A stretch of DNA of 64,000 nucleotides from a virus. Its lineage: Duplodnaviria; Heunggongvirae; Uroviricota; Caudoviricetes. Of this stretch, positions 14,501 to 21,265 are shown piece after piece. The position numbers and the translations under genes were made by a program. Each line of letters begins with the position of its first letter. The stretch's first letter is position 1. The notes under the pieces were generated by a model, which was given only the letters and a program-made list of their open reading frames with translations, did no database searches and was not told the DNA's origin. The stretch lies in the IMG/VR virus record IMGVR_UViG_3300022918_000010; one strand, written 5' to 3'.

Positions 14501-16013
14501 TAGATATTTTTTCTCCAGTTGGATTACCTTCTGTATCTAATACATCATCTTCTATTGTATCATATAAGTTACCAAACTTTAACCATTGACCTTGTGATTC
14601 ATTAAGTCTTTGTATAGCTTGGTCTGTAGTAATTCTATCTCTTCCAAGTTGTTTAGCATTACCTACACCACCCATTACACCACCAAGTATAGCACCAAGT
14701 CCAATACTTGTAGCAGCTTCCTGATCATCTCCCATTGTAGCATCAACAATCTGTTTTCCAGCTTTTTTAAGTACTTGAGTATAGTCTTCAATACCTGCTA
14801 CTTTTCCAGCTCCACCAAATTCCTGATTTAATCTTTGTATAGCTAACTGTGTGTTTTCTTCAACATAACCTTCAGATAAAGTTCCAATTGCTACACCTTT
14901 AGCAAATTGACTATATCCTGTATCTAAGAATTTACCCCATTTAGTTTTAGCAACACCTCTTTCAAATGCATCTCCAGCAGTATTTGCAGTTACTCTACCT
15001 ACAGTAGATTCAGCTACACCTAATGCTTTAAATAAATACTTCATCTGTAAAGCATTTGTAGCTCCAAGTAATGCTGCATTCATTAAGAATGTATTACGTG
15101 CTGCTCCACCTGCTGCAACTTTTTTTTCTTCTTCTGTATATTCTACTCCTGTAGTAGGATTTATCTTACCATCTAATGATGCTAACACATTCTTTCTAAC
15201 ATCAGAAGCTTCATACATTGACTCAGAAGCAGTAGCTATTGCCCAAGTAGTAGCAGCATCAAATCCTTTAGCAAACTTTTGTGCAGATCCAAGATATCTT
15301 TGAGCTGTTTCTAATCCATTTACAACCTCACCAGCAGCATTAACACCCATTCTAGTTCTAGACAGCATTTGAGCTAATTTAGCTCCTGTACCAAGCTTAG
15401 ATAAAGCCATACCAGGTATAAATGCTGATGCCATAAATGCTGCACCATCAACTACGTCATTTGTCCAAAAGTCTAAGTCAGTAAATGCCCTAGAAAAGAA
15501 TCCTTTATTAACATCTGCTGCTTCTTGAAATGTAGGTAAGAATTCATTCTTTACTGTTTCTTCAGCAGATTCGGCCCATTTAGATATAGCATTATCTGAA
15601 GCAGATGCAATAAATCCATCTTCTGATGTCCAGTTAGTAGGATTTAATAGAGATGTTACAAAACCTAATCCACCAATAGTTTTAGTAGCAGCCAATGCTG
15701 GTAATTTTAAACCAACTGCTGATACTAAGTCTACAAGATCTCCACCTATACCTTGTTGTTGAGCATAGAAATCTTCATTATCTCTATTCTTAGAAAAACC
15801 ATAAGATTGATCTAAATATTTTTTAGCTTGAGAATAATCTACTTGAGATGGAGCTAAAGTACCTGTACCATAAAACGGTGTTGATGTAGCCGTCTTAGTC
15901 TTCAAAGCTGACATAGCTTCTTCATAAGTAGGCTCAGGTTTTTTAACAGGGGGAGTTGTAGAAGTAACTGGTTTAGTAGGATCTATTAATGGAGTATTAA
16001 CTTCTTCAGTCAT
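2520..16013 (-). CDS. Virion-packaged DNA-dependent RNA polymerase polyprotein (phi14:2 gp66-like), with zincin-like metalloprotease motif and Gly/Ala-rich N-terminal membrane-like helices
   Basis: 4497 aa. Catalytic motif GADFDIDK (DFDID at nt 6009-6023, aa 3331-3335) preceded by GVRIPSQ. HEAFH (HExxH, nt 10620-10634) followed by EEYLAD. Position in the cargo gene cluster after the muzzle gene. Confidence 0.9.
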   Translation of the reverse strand: MTEEVNTPLIDPTKPVTSTTPPVKKPEPTYEEAMSALKTKTATSTPFYGTGTLAPSQVDYSQAKKYLDQSYGFSKNRDNEDFYAQQQGIGGDLVDLVSAVGLKLPALAATKTIGGLGFVTSLLNPTNWTSEDGFIASASDNAISKWAESAEETVKNEFLPTFQEAADVNKGFFSRAFTDLDFWTNDVVDGAAFMASAFIPGMALSKLGTGAKLAQMLSRTRMGVNAAGEVVNGLETAQRYLGSAQKFAKGFDAATTWAIATASESMYEASDVRKNVLASLDGKINPTTGVEYTEEEKKVAAGGAARNTFLMNAALLGATNALQMKYLFKALGVAESTVGRVTANTAGDAFERGVAKTKWGKFLDTGYSQFAKGVAIGTLSEGYVEENTQLAIQRLNQEFGGAGKVAGIEDYTQVLKKAGKQIVDATMGDDQEAATSIGLGAILGGVMGGVGNAKQLGRDRITTDQAIQRLNESQGQWLKFGNLYDTIEDDVLDTEGNPTGEKISKLKLDENNQPIVNESKLGEIITNFSLNSTMAELADTLKDKNQAKYLRDISFRNYVQAHIEAGIEDTLTEKLDQASNASPEALAKMGFDPSSREDIGEYKTLAKQIIAQNNLIKNSILITGKPAEENARINRLTGLADEQSILTGIVNTINKDVEAIKAQTLSPETSNLSDMSVDAVNSLQFRIDSQKAFITALEAGSNNSTKLKVARQLLAELNKEKAKYLKDNSLSLENLTPSEGGYYSYENSAKNTSSLNIAYQKSLMEKAQYQNTARAMGLEFALYADTKNGLKNFRDSIEQEIVAPINQHLQEEEVRENLQVTTLQVDPNDPRIKEINDRRDTSIEELEELYEEDGEHVVELSKDGIVITNIKTGVETRLEDLVPGQISDELKDQLDTIQQRINKINEDTDQEIKSLNNEATPLTETPAPNNPEVVASEDNVTGFYVFDGQNIKKGFIFNETSTGKKYEVVSESPEAGLNVFAIRIKNVNDANDTKSITSLDGLVLEGLQTETEVLPANLPPVDLNGPNKFKIKRVNELIRIYPHQNEVNGKRESIPAAQKRLDEFLANMTKEDIADRLTMTVSKGGPRSTTLAGESTGNPNGNLEVNSDYLNVRLEYAGLPIGYITNYTHYSVRDKQGKNLPIEKLTIAQFSEIFDTTGVDAKQALDTFKQNFIKGRRLFSTLSKVLGNSVSTKLTEPQIEQMLDLNISVGEFDNALSGEGVKLSELEHSTINGYTYVLDRVRKYKNGKFTTQVIPITNAIGADAKQIAKEVKEAKAKGRDLTEQLGRYVAVVKLPNGTIRFVQLSSDPWNDTQFSDLVSKINERSKLSKENNLTIKESKTVEIYDSKGNVTKPKYTGGKDETYNDVLNDEIASSLFIALPLENRGTYVDFYVNAMGNLQVKFNIPQGSNTIKHSIVVKESEEDIPLNFEDIDQVISRINEAIVKYNQTAKNPSEFITVTLTKDNFKNAISSDIGSAGVNNLSTFLNPPVVKNIQLTYNPKDTIEAVIPATPAQAVDTRIQYDVVNPKTYKVDPAKVKELNQATSQDNMGVPIDEALRAQILGEIAASKTVQNTLSVGEQVTAAFDAIAGSIENGSTDAVQKYAQRIVNGESRESVINGLGPNFIQAIDNAVKAIQSNPTQTAPAQTGSFKELSDEIKANQMEYIRTKSAELIAEGLTAGKARIQATQQAKVIYGKQLDELKAKLNVKNGRAFKVISREKFEASDVEHIDKFNTWVKDNLPEFISVEEVNDLTKNLSTNKITVGMFVSYLDTLRDGNTTIKGRINIGENTPYKYHEAFHAAFRLLLNDKQITQLRDIAKRELKANKVNIKSALEEFKQLHPSYDNLTPTELEELYYEEYLADRFDDWKSDNKVNTSYVAKGFFAKIMEWIKRLFTGRSFTDIENLFSDIDNGKYRNSNLQQNQFTREESNMITTPALKVIKVGEDIVQDENGNDIVIDRYLSQQEGDQLAASISSIFYDRLTQVEQYNKKQLLESILDEYKELYNPYREDDYYSNEIDRLFPDESQEADMENYLQRLQDRYTVFSEEENRASLLEAVDVHLRLMGFKQSLDSDVFDEAVDEYGDRVTTDSWKETHSIGGFGSLSNFLRQYIATTTFEYIDEFGNSQLKDGVPLLQAVNANLVYNGMLKAVANIGDQNMVMNRLRLLKSDETETGKFITKFFNDAGIEFNEDGTWVSTNPQRARLVQQVIKGFNQYSVDYLFINKDIREEAKMSNVMLANRRDSAKTQFSSWQNAYIRVFQDQVLTLRNADARSEFYDDRVSSLKDLYTLMDKDLSIEDDRLEIESKEISNQLKNDIGISLDPAFVKFSIVSNKDASVLTEAQKTLINAYAETYFATREDIQQIIRSIQSGEDPFSKNIDDQRNTDPVDLEEGEEEAEEKVNDLGKGGVITRINNLAKGNGVFDETVYSSSWKNADGELVYAHQLPTYHLVRIQQLNSDAYIDELKADAFLENNYLLNSEKFEVLQGDLSIKRIDGAKSSVLSKSEEDGSIREDKGISANKNKGITYGSFSNREFLTSLFDIYAYGKEYKTEDGGSFRTSQHLIRVLEASNTGDTLGLPVIKAVTLDKSENVKVSDEAADILYNEVVNEFERIKRVKDDVNNIGAGDRIIDEIDGYHYGTNKTTGKRDYSKGRGLTLYKTGLMLGDLKTSIEESALNEEFNISSMKSEITNQIKAYWEGQIADTVELLSSTGVITKNQVDLNSGVKQTYTNNLIDNYIQDGFYTQEGKKKVSNERKNSQLNIIYNKIEHNIGQVLVNDYINTLSLNQLLLGDQAASLKDGVDEVKRARGANASGASLESTVIAPQVGITEQFTESYILQFEDPQYRGKYSGGIGEKADAQTWGTVKSMRYTLHGLGKLDPFTAKMLDKIENGEQLTAKEIFGTTDPKTGNKIDGLKDLHSMFNSMKLVYYDGKMYIKTSFVMLTKELTSYNDNGTWKALPGKQELHDLREKLEDFESRNNTVAYSVPKSASKGLKVNVAASAKEAKDHNFQRQETKFWRLQLENPSNKLVITDPTQAKQLILAEQNDDTEVDFLGNKTSIGALKQLYLADTAQRVKNNYMTARNEIFDIEGAFEELSSSINLENVTPKLAKFQKRAVDNLRATGADSQLIDFFEVDKTGKPKYNLNNPITLDKYTQLFLAYFSKGVMSEKVPGHSIALMSNYGYKVVKRVTKLDPVTNQPIAWNIIRTDEVKLSPNDYAEAKEWNNVLDREFEGLKVGDYYIDDLRHNVAEYDEKGNIIGRYSEFVLPPHFAELMDLKPGEKIPEALAKAFGVRIPSQDKHSTISLRMVDTMPAFYGSTGIYPHELIEISGADFDIDKLYMHIADTYRKDGKRLAYGTAVTTEEKFDEYVTYMLGNNKDFKLTIRELKKDITESTISDDLEPGEALGILSDVLSVETIDDKMVLYKEALRLIGLPSTPKEYIDYVKVNGEINTGVLNNRILAQKIALVSNEYMVNEQEEGRAPIAFEVASVDPLKNIVNELLSDFSEVPQIVDIVNEGAVDTDSIIGKYKSFTNNKEGSRNIGPAVNSILAYSILSSFNINLRSSYISAISEEVAEDGKVTRVPNYEDLFLFKLNGHTFNTYSPRDKSGKESLKAFDPITGDYTGDRIFGSISTVVSAMTDNAKERLAARLGLNIEAIGYVTNMLAQGVPIKSAIRFLLQPSIREYFAQIKIANNKIKTGTEQQIKKGELLDNIIEKYSKLRSEEEVMDLTDDLLDDGLNTNGDNADLQYAVLQSFKGIKAQAANFSKVAKVLKLTKGLGTSFENLADIKTTIEELGLRMDNSDFYKSKLPFDLRQVFMAINKAKPYHEFMYNYIQTADQIDHMSQTMFIEKTPVFQRISTIVKENLSVRKSTEKEFNTILKRDLLSYLSIKAYMKSLLDNNKLRTLSTLDNAMIYDESAKLKGEDFNDIIDTFKTIRAKLPDNYFASKFVNIISTQVTNNDKVTAMNDLNRDGINKAEANTWAKLSEYQVEKLKDSFLEIYQNDDTRANAVDIFNYLLVKDAGQFKSNSFIRYIPTFMFGDLLKSTEQVNSVLKMPLDTKGIDQKYSDTFGVQSTDLFNEFMKSYTSHIGNTFEITKIMNRNPVFEETQDPDVKKFVPQSYTKSGQIKKDESVKELTLREKLAQLDPKVKDDTTKTPEVELPKARITINLWAGIRDEKEMFDTGTTQGIIQIKRTGKFNDAEKAKLKKNKALLDAKGFRSNALGKYAFPYVIVDSNIQGKRTYYKLIAVTKDSKDKKKVGDITVDESNPNRLIQKGEYVANGLGAIYEEYTPTGSRKSTMIGELFGPIPVIPKKPRVRKQFGNAQENTGRYSNMDASDIEQRMGLAPVGETVKKTGALSGNNINFTNSESPVDVLAKKFGITSKVTNKGVSFSGGLYNDLTQELKDSVKTPLDLLNLFGYNSEDSAEAITSYQSEPSADMYNEVPLPEQDDLASNMLNSFFNANADQADVDQDRMKDFADLFKSTFKNNNNPLDDNCA

Positions 16014-16022
16014 GTGTTTTAT

Positions 16023-18476
16023 TTATTTCATAATGGCATTAGCTAAATCTGGATTAGCTGCCATTTGTTGTGAAAATTGATATGCATCAAATGCAGATCT
16101 AAATGTCTCTCTTACAGGAGTATTAGATCCTGATGGGTAAAGATAATAAATATTATCATTATCTGATCCAAATTTTTTATCTATTCTGTAAGCACTTTTA
16201 ACTCCATTGTTATTAAAGTTATAAAAAGTAGATTGATATTTACTTCCTGGTTTACCTGTTCTATTCTCTAGAGTAGATATTAGTTGCCTACTATAACCAG
16301 ACATATTAGCAAATGGATCTAAGTGTGTATCTAATGATTTATTAGTTACTTCAAATTGACCTGTTTGTTCATTGTATGTTGTAGGATAACCTTTTGTAGT
16401 TAACTTATTAACTACAGCTTCTGTATCAATTTTACCTTCAGGATCTTGTACACTAAAATATATTTTATTTCTATCAGCATTAGGAGAATAACTTACTTCT
16501 GTAAGTTTACTCATATCTAATCCTGTAAGTGATGTAAGTTTGTTCTTAGTAGCTTTAACGTTATCTGAGTCATCTCTAAATGTAAATGCTTTACGTTGAT
16601 CAACTTTCTTTTCACCAAAGTACTGAGCTATATATTCATTATACTTTTTAGTGTCTTTATTGCTATTTAAGAATTTTAATACTTCTGCTGCTGTTCCAGC
16701 TATACCACCTAGTGTACCAGTCTTATTATCAGCTTGTCTGTATGATTTACCCCCTATAGAAATATTAAAAGCATCACCTCTTTTTGGTGCAATAGAAAAT
16801 TCTTTATTAGCAACCATTTCCATAACTCTTTTAGGACTTACAGTAATTGAGCTACCATCTTCTCCTTGTAAAGTATAAGTATCTGTTTTAGCTAAGTTAT
16901 TTAATACATTATCCACCTGTTTAGATTTAGCTACATATCCAGGCATTTTACTTTCAGCATATTGTTGAGCTTGTCTTCTAGTATTTGATGCATCATCAAT
17001 AGTAAGATGTCTCATATTACTTCTTTGATTAAACTCAAGTACAGCATTATCTTGCTTCCCTTTAGGGGATTCCATATACATCTTAACTTGTTTAGCTGTT
17101 AATTTATTTAATGGAACACCACTTACTTCAGATATATGTTCTTTTAAATTAACACTATCTTGATAACCTTGTCTTTGAACTACTCTTACTTGATCATCCA
17201 ATCCAGTTAAAGAAGTAGTACCTAATACATCTCCAGGTCCAGCAGGTAAATCTATAACAACAGCTTCACCATTTTTATCTTTAACTTCTTTCTGAGCTTT
17301 AAAAGCATCAACTTTTAATCTCTGATTAAATCTACGATCTTCACCAGCTTCTCTAAGGTTAGCTCTATAGTTTTCATTCTGTTCACCAATCATGAATCTC
17401 TTCATATCTTGTGCATCTTTCCACATACCAAAAGCTACAGTATCTTCTGTAATCTCTTGTTTAATATCTTGATGTTCAAAACCTTTAGATACACCATCTA
17501 TAACAGAATTATAATATAAATTATAAGCTAACTTTTCTTGATTAGCTTTAATATAGTTTAAATCACCTTTAGATATTTTATCAGAGTCTTCTCCTATAGA
17601 TTGTATAGAAGCAGATAATTGATTTTTAAGATCAATTAATTTATCTCTCTGTACAGGATCTTTAGTTGTTTTAATAAGATTATCTGTATCATTAATCTTA
17701 TCTTGTAACTGAGATATATCTTTATTAGCCGTATCTCTATACATAGAAGCTATAGTATTAGGATCACCTAATCTTACTGTTGCTTCAATTTGCAATTGTC
17801 TTTTAGCTTTATCTGATAATACTCCATTAAGATAATCTTTAATTTCAGATTGTCTCCAACTTTTATCATCTACAGTTTCTTTATAAAATCCATTTAATCT
17901 AACTAAAGAAGATGAAGAAGGTTTAAATTTCTCCATAACTTCTCTTATTTCTTTTTTAGTATCATAATATGGTTCATAGTATCTTTTATTAGAATAATAC
18001 TTTTTCCATGAATCAGGAGAACCATCATTTATATATTCGGCTTTTTGTTGTCTTACATAATTTAAATTATCAATACTAAAGTCTTTACCTCCATCTTGTT
18101 GACGTAAAGAATCAGCATACTGTTCTTGTTGCTGATAATGTTTACTTATAGAAGAATTACCAAGAAACTCTGTATCATTATATAAAGGAGCAAATACGTT
18201 ATTAGCAGATGCTACATTTTCAGGTAAAGATAAATCAACAGAAGATAAGTCTCCTAGATTTTTAAATGCATCTTTTAAAAACTTATCACGTTTAGATATT
18301 TGATCTTGTTTTAATTGAGGCATATTCAATAATCCAGAATAAGTCCCCTGTAGGGAGGAATACCCTTGATCATAAGATCCTTGTTTTAATCTTAAGGTCT
18401 TATCAACCACATCCCAATTTGGTTGAAATGGTTGAATATCTGGTATGAAATCTGGTTGCCCTAAATAATTAGCCAT
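16023..18476 (-). CDS. Virion cargo protein (crAss001 gp46-like position)
   Basis: 817 aa, helical and hydrophilic, between the first cargo gene and the RNAP; call is by synteny. Confidence 0.6.
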   Translation of the reverse strand: MANYLGQPDFIPDIQPFQPNWDVVDKTLRLKQGSYDQGYSSLQGTYSGLLNMPQLKQDQISKRDKFLKDAFKNLGDLSSVDLSLPENVASANNVFAPLYNDTEFLGNSSISKHYQQQEQYADSLRQQDGGKDFSIDNLNYVRQQKAEYINDGSPDSWKKYYSNKRYYEPYYDTKKEIREVMEKFKPSSSSLVRLNGFYKETVDDKSWRQSEIKDYLNGVLSDKAKRQLQIEATVRLGDPNTIASMYRDTANKDISQLQDKINDTDNLIKTTKDPVQRDKLIDLKNQLSASIQSIGEDSDKISKGDLNYIKANQEKLAYNLYYNSVIDGVSKGFEHQDIKQEITEDTVAFGMWKDAQDMKRFMIGEQNENYRANLREAGEDRRFNQRLKVDAFKAQKEVKDKNGEAVVIDLPAGPGDVLGTTSLTGLDDQVRVVQRQGYQDSVNLKEHISEVSGVPLNKLTAKQVKMYMESPKGKQDNAVLEFNQRSNMRHLTIDDASNTRRQAQQYAESKMPGYVAKSKQVDNVLNNLAKTDTYTLQGEDGSSITVSPKRVMEMVANKEFSIAPKRGDAFNISIGGKSYRQADNKTGTLGGIAGTAAEVLKFLNSNKDTKKYNEYIAQYFGEKKVDQRKAFTFRDDSDNVKATKNKLTSLTGLDMSKLTEVSYSPNADRNKIYFSVQDPEGKIDTEAVVNKLTTKGYPTTYNEQTGQFEVTNKSLDTHLDPFANMSGYSRQLISTLENRTGKPGSKYQSTFYNFNNNGVKSAYRIDKKFGSDNDNIYYLYPSGSNTPVRETFRSAFDAYQFSQQMAANPDLANAIMK

Positions 18477-18481
18477 ATGTT

Positions 18482-18502
18482 ATATTATAATATACTTATT
18501 AA
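18482..18502 (-). promoter_or_regulatory. Candidate late promoter motif TTAATAAGTATATTATAATAT
   Basis: 21-nt sequence identical to 59404-59424; sits in an intergenic gap just upstream of the ATG at 18476. Confidence 0.55.
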
Positions 18503-18532
18503 AATCTGTAAAGTTTAATAAACTTTTATTGT

Positions 18533-21265
18533 TTATCCACCTTGAGATCTTAATATTTGCATTAGTTGTTGAGGTGTTGGACCATTATATGTGGATCTTA
18601 CATCTCCATCACTATTAACTGTATTTCTAGCTTGTCCTGTTAGTTGTTTAGCTTGTTCTCTAAGAACTTCATCTGCAACATTAGGGTTTTGTTGTTTCAA
18701 TTGTTTATATACATCTAAGTAACTTTGTGGTGCTTGACCTCCTGGAGTTACTCCACTACGTCCAGTACCTTCAGCAAAGTTCACATATCCTGAAGAAGGA
18801 TCAATATCAAATTGTGGATACCATGAATTCATCCATTGAGTAGTTTGTCTATTATTCAAAGCACCAACAGCATTCTTTCTAATAACATCATTAGCTTGTG
18901 ATCTAGAGTTATCATATTGTTGATTAGCCATTACATTACCATCATACAATTGTTTAGCTCTAGCTGATTGAGCATTTTGTAAGTTATTCATAATCTCAGC
19001 ATTCATCCCAGCATATTGATTAGCTACACCTACATTCTGATTATCATATCTTCCTAGTATATTAGCTGCATTAGCTGCTGATTGTCCTGCTACAGAGGAA
19101 TTACGTACTCCAGCAGATTGAGGACCTGAGAATTGATTAGTATACATCATTTCAGTATTCATCATTTCAGCATTAGATGCTAATTCTCTAGTCGGATCAT
19201 AAAATGTTGGATCAGCAGTGATTCCCACAACAGGTGCAGCCCAAGGTAAATACTTTTTAATATTAGCTTTATTTTGTAAAGCATAACCCATATTAATTTT
19301 ATCTTGAGTCCAAAAATCTGTTGGAGCTTGTTGTCCAGCCTTAGAAGTAAATATATTAGGTTGTAAACTATTGTCTGGTATAACAGGTTTAGTTCTATCA
19401 GTAAATTCTGGTGGTGCAACTACAGGAGTCCTATCTCTAGGATTAACTAAACTCCTTGTATTAGATTGTGGATCTAATTGTCTAACTCCAAAGTATCCAT
19501 CTGTAAATGCATCTTGTAACTTATTTAGATTATCTGGAGTAAGTACAGATTGATCTAATACACCATTTTTAGATAATGAAGCTAGATCTTTATTTTTTAA
19601 TCCTTTAGCAGTAAGACCATAAGTACTCCACATATCTTTTATAGAATCTGGATTATTTGTAAGGTTATACTGATACATTAAAGCTTGAGCTTTAGTATTA
19701 TCCATAGTTCTAATACCTGGTATAATACTTTCCCATTCAGTTAAATGATCTTTAGGTCTATTATATGGATTTATTTTACCAGTTGGAGTTATAGTACCTT
19801 GTTTAGTTTTACCACCTTTATATGGATCAACTAAAGGATTTAATGAAAATGGATTATATTCTCCACCCGTAGCAAATACTGTTTCAGATGACTGTGATTC
19901 ATCAAATGATTGAGGACCTACTTGTGTTATTAAATATGGTATAGCAACTTGTGGTATTCCATTAGGAAAATCTTTCTTTTCTTCCTGTAGAAGGGCTAAC
20001 TTACCAAGTTTTTGATTATAGTTTTCTATCATCATTTCTGCTGTACGTATCTTAATAGGATCTGCATCCTTATCATCAAGTATAGCTTTATATTTATTTA
20101 TATCATACTTCTTAGCTAATTCAGCTGGAGTATATTTCTTTTTATCATTTTCAGATTTACCAAAATCAATAAGTTCTTTTCCTTTAAACTTCATATCTTT
20201 TGAGTCAGAAAATATAAATGAAGCTGGAGGAGCATATAATGGTGTACCACCTTGTGAATGTTTTTTACCACCAATATTCATATGTTCATTAATACCATCT
20301 TCATCAAAGTCACCAAATATAGTTTCACCTAATTCAGCTTCTATATTGGCATCATCTTCATCAACAGCATTAAGTGTTTTACTTATAGCTCCTCTAGTTC
20401 CTTTTAGACTTGATTTGATATTAGTAAGATCTAAACCAAATCCAGTTTGTCCACCATATTCTAGTTTAGCATTCTTAGTTAGATTTCTAAATTCTTTAAT
20501 ATCATTTCTGATTTCATTTGCAAATGACTCACCTGGAGCAAAGTTATCTTTACCTTGAACTTTATCTGAATATACATCAGGATAACCTCTTTTCTTTTTA
20601 CTGTAATCCCATTCATCCTGAGTCATAACTTCACCCATTCTTCCAAAAGGATAAGTTACTACACTTTTAGTTGGTTGAGGTATTGGAGATGCAAATTGAT
20701 CTAACCACTCTCCATACTGTTGAGGATTATCCCATTTAATACCTGTAGAGCTATATGTCTTATCTAAATCTTCTTGAGTTATAACATTTCCTTTAGGAGA
20801 AGTATAAATTTTATTGCCTCCTTGTACTGCTTTCTTTTTTGGTTTTGGTTCACCACCTTTTTCCATAGAAGGATAATATATACCCTGTACACCATATGGA
20901 GATTTAGCTCCCATCTGGTCAGGTCTTAACATTCCATATGCTGATCCATTTACAGTATAATCACCTCTATCTCCTCCTGGATTAACAGTAGCAAATTGGT
21001 CTGTATTAGTTTGTGATTGTAACCACTCTTCTTGTTGTTTATTAGAATTACCAAAAGCTCCAATAGCTGCATCAGCATAACCTAATGTATTATATAAACT
21101 TGTTGGATCTACAAAACCATTCATAAGATTACTTGTCATCTTAGGCATAGCTTTTTTACTAACATCTAACCAGTCTTTAATTTTCATTGGTGGTTTAGAT
21201 CCAACAGCAAATTCATCAGAGGTATCTAATGTTAAACCATTCTGTGCTTTTTTTAGTTTCTTCAT
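18533..21265 (-). CDS. Virion cargo protein 1 (crAss001 gp45-like)
   Basis: 910 aa immediately after the muzzle gene; EAELGE...GGKKHSQGGTP segment typical of crAss-like cargo proteins; Q/N/A-rich C-terminus. Confidence 0.6.
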   Translation of the reverse strand: MKKLKKAQNGLTLDTSDEFAVGSKPPMKIKDWLDVSKKAMPKMTSNLMNGFVDPTSLYNTLGYADAAIGAFGNSNKQQEEWLQSQTNTDQFATVNPGGDRGDYTVNGSAYGMLRPDQMGAKSPYGVQGIYYPSMEKGGEPKPKKKAVQGGNKIYTSPKGNVITQEDLDKTYSSTGIKWDNPQQYGEWLDQFASPIPQPTKSVVTYPFGRMGEVMTQDEWDYSKKKRGYPDVYSDKVQGKDNFAPGESFANEIRNDIKEFRNLTKNAKLEYGGQTGFGLDLTNIKSSLKGTRGAISKTLNAVDEDDANIEAELGETIFGDFDEDGINEHMNIGGKKHSQGGTPLYAPPASFIFSDSKDMKFKGKELIDFGKSENDKKKYTPAELAKKYDINKYKAILDDKDADPIKIRTAEMMIENYNQKLGKLALLQEEKKDFPNGIPQVAIPYLITQVGPQSFDESQSSETVFATGGEYNPFSLNPLVDPYKGGKTKQGTITPTGKINPYNRPKDHLTEWESIIPGIRTMDNTKAQALMYQYNLTNNPDSIKDMWSTYGLTAKGLKNKDLASLSKNGVLDQSVLTPDNLNKLQDAFTDGYFGVRQLDPQSNTRSLVNPRDRTPVVAPPEFTDRTKPVIPDNSLQPNIFTSKAGQQAPTDFWTQDKINMGYALQNKANIKKYLPWAAPVVGITADPTFYDPTRELASNAEMMNTEMMYTNQFSGPQSAGVRNSSVAGQSAANAANILGRYDNQNVGVANQYAGMNAEIMNNLQNAQSARAKQLYDGNVMANQQYDNSRSQANDVIRKNAVGALNNRQTTQWMNSWYPQFDIDPSSGYVNFAEGTGRSGVTPGGQAPQSYLDVYKQLKQQNPNVADEVLREQAKQLTGQARNTVNSDGDVRSTYNGPTPQQLMQILRSQGG

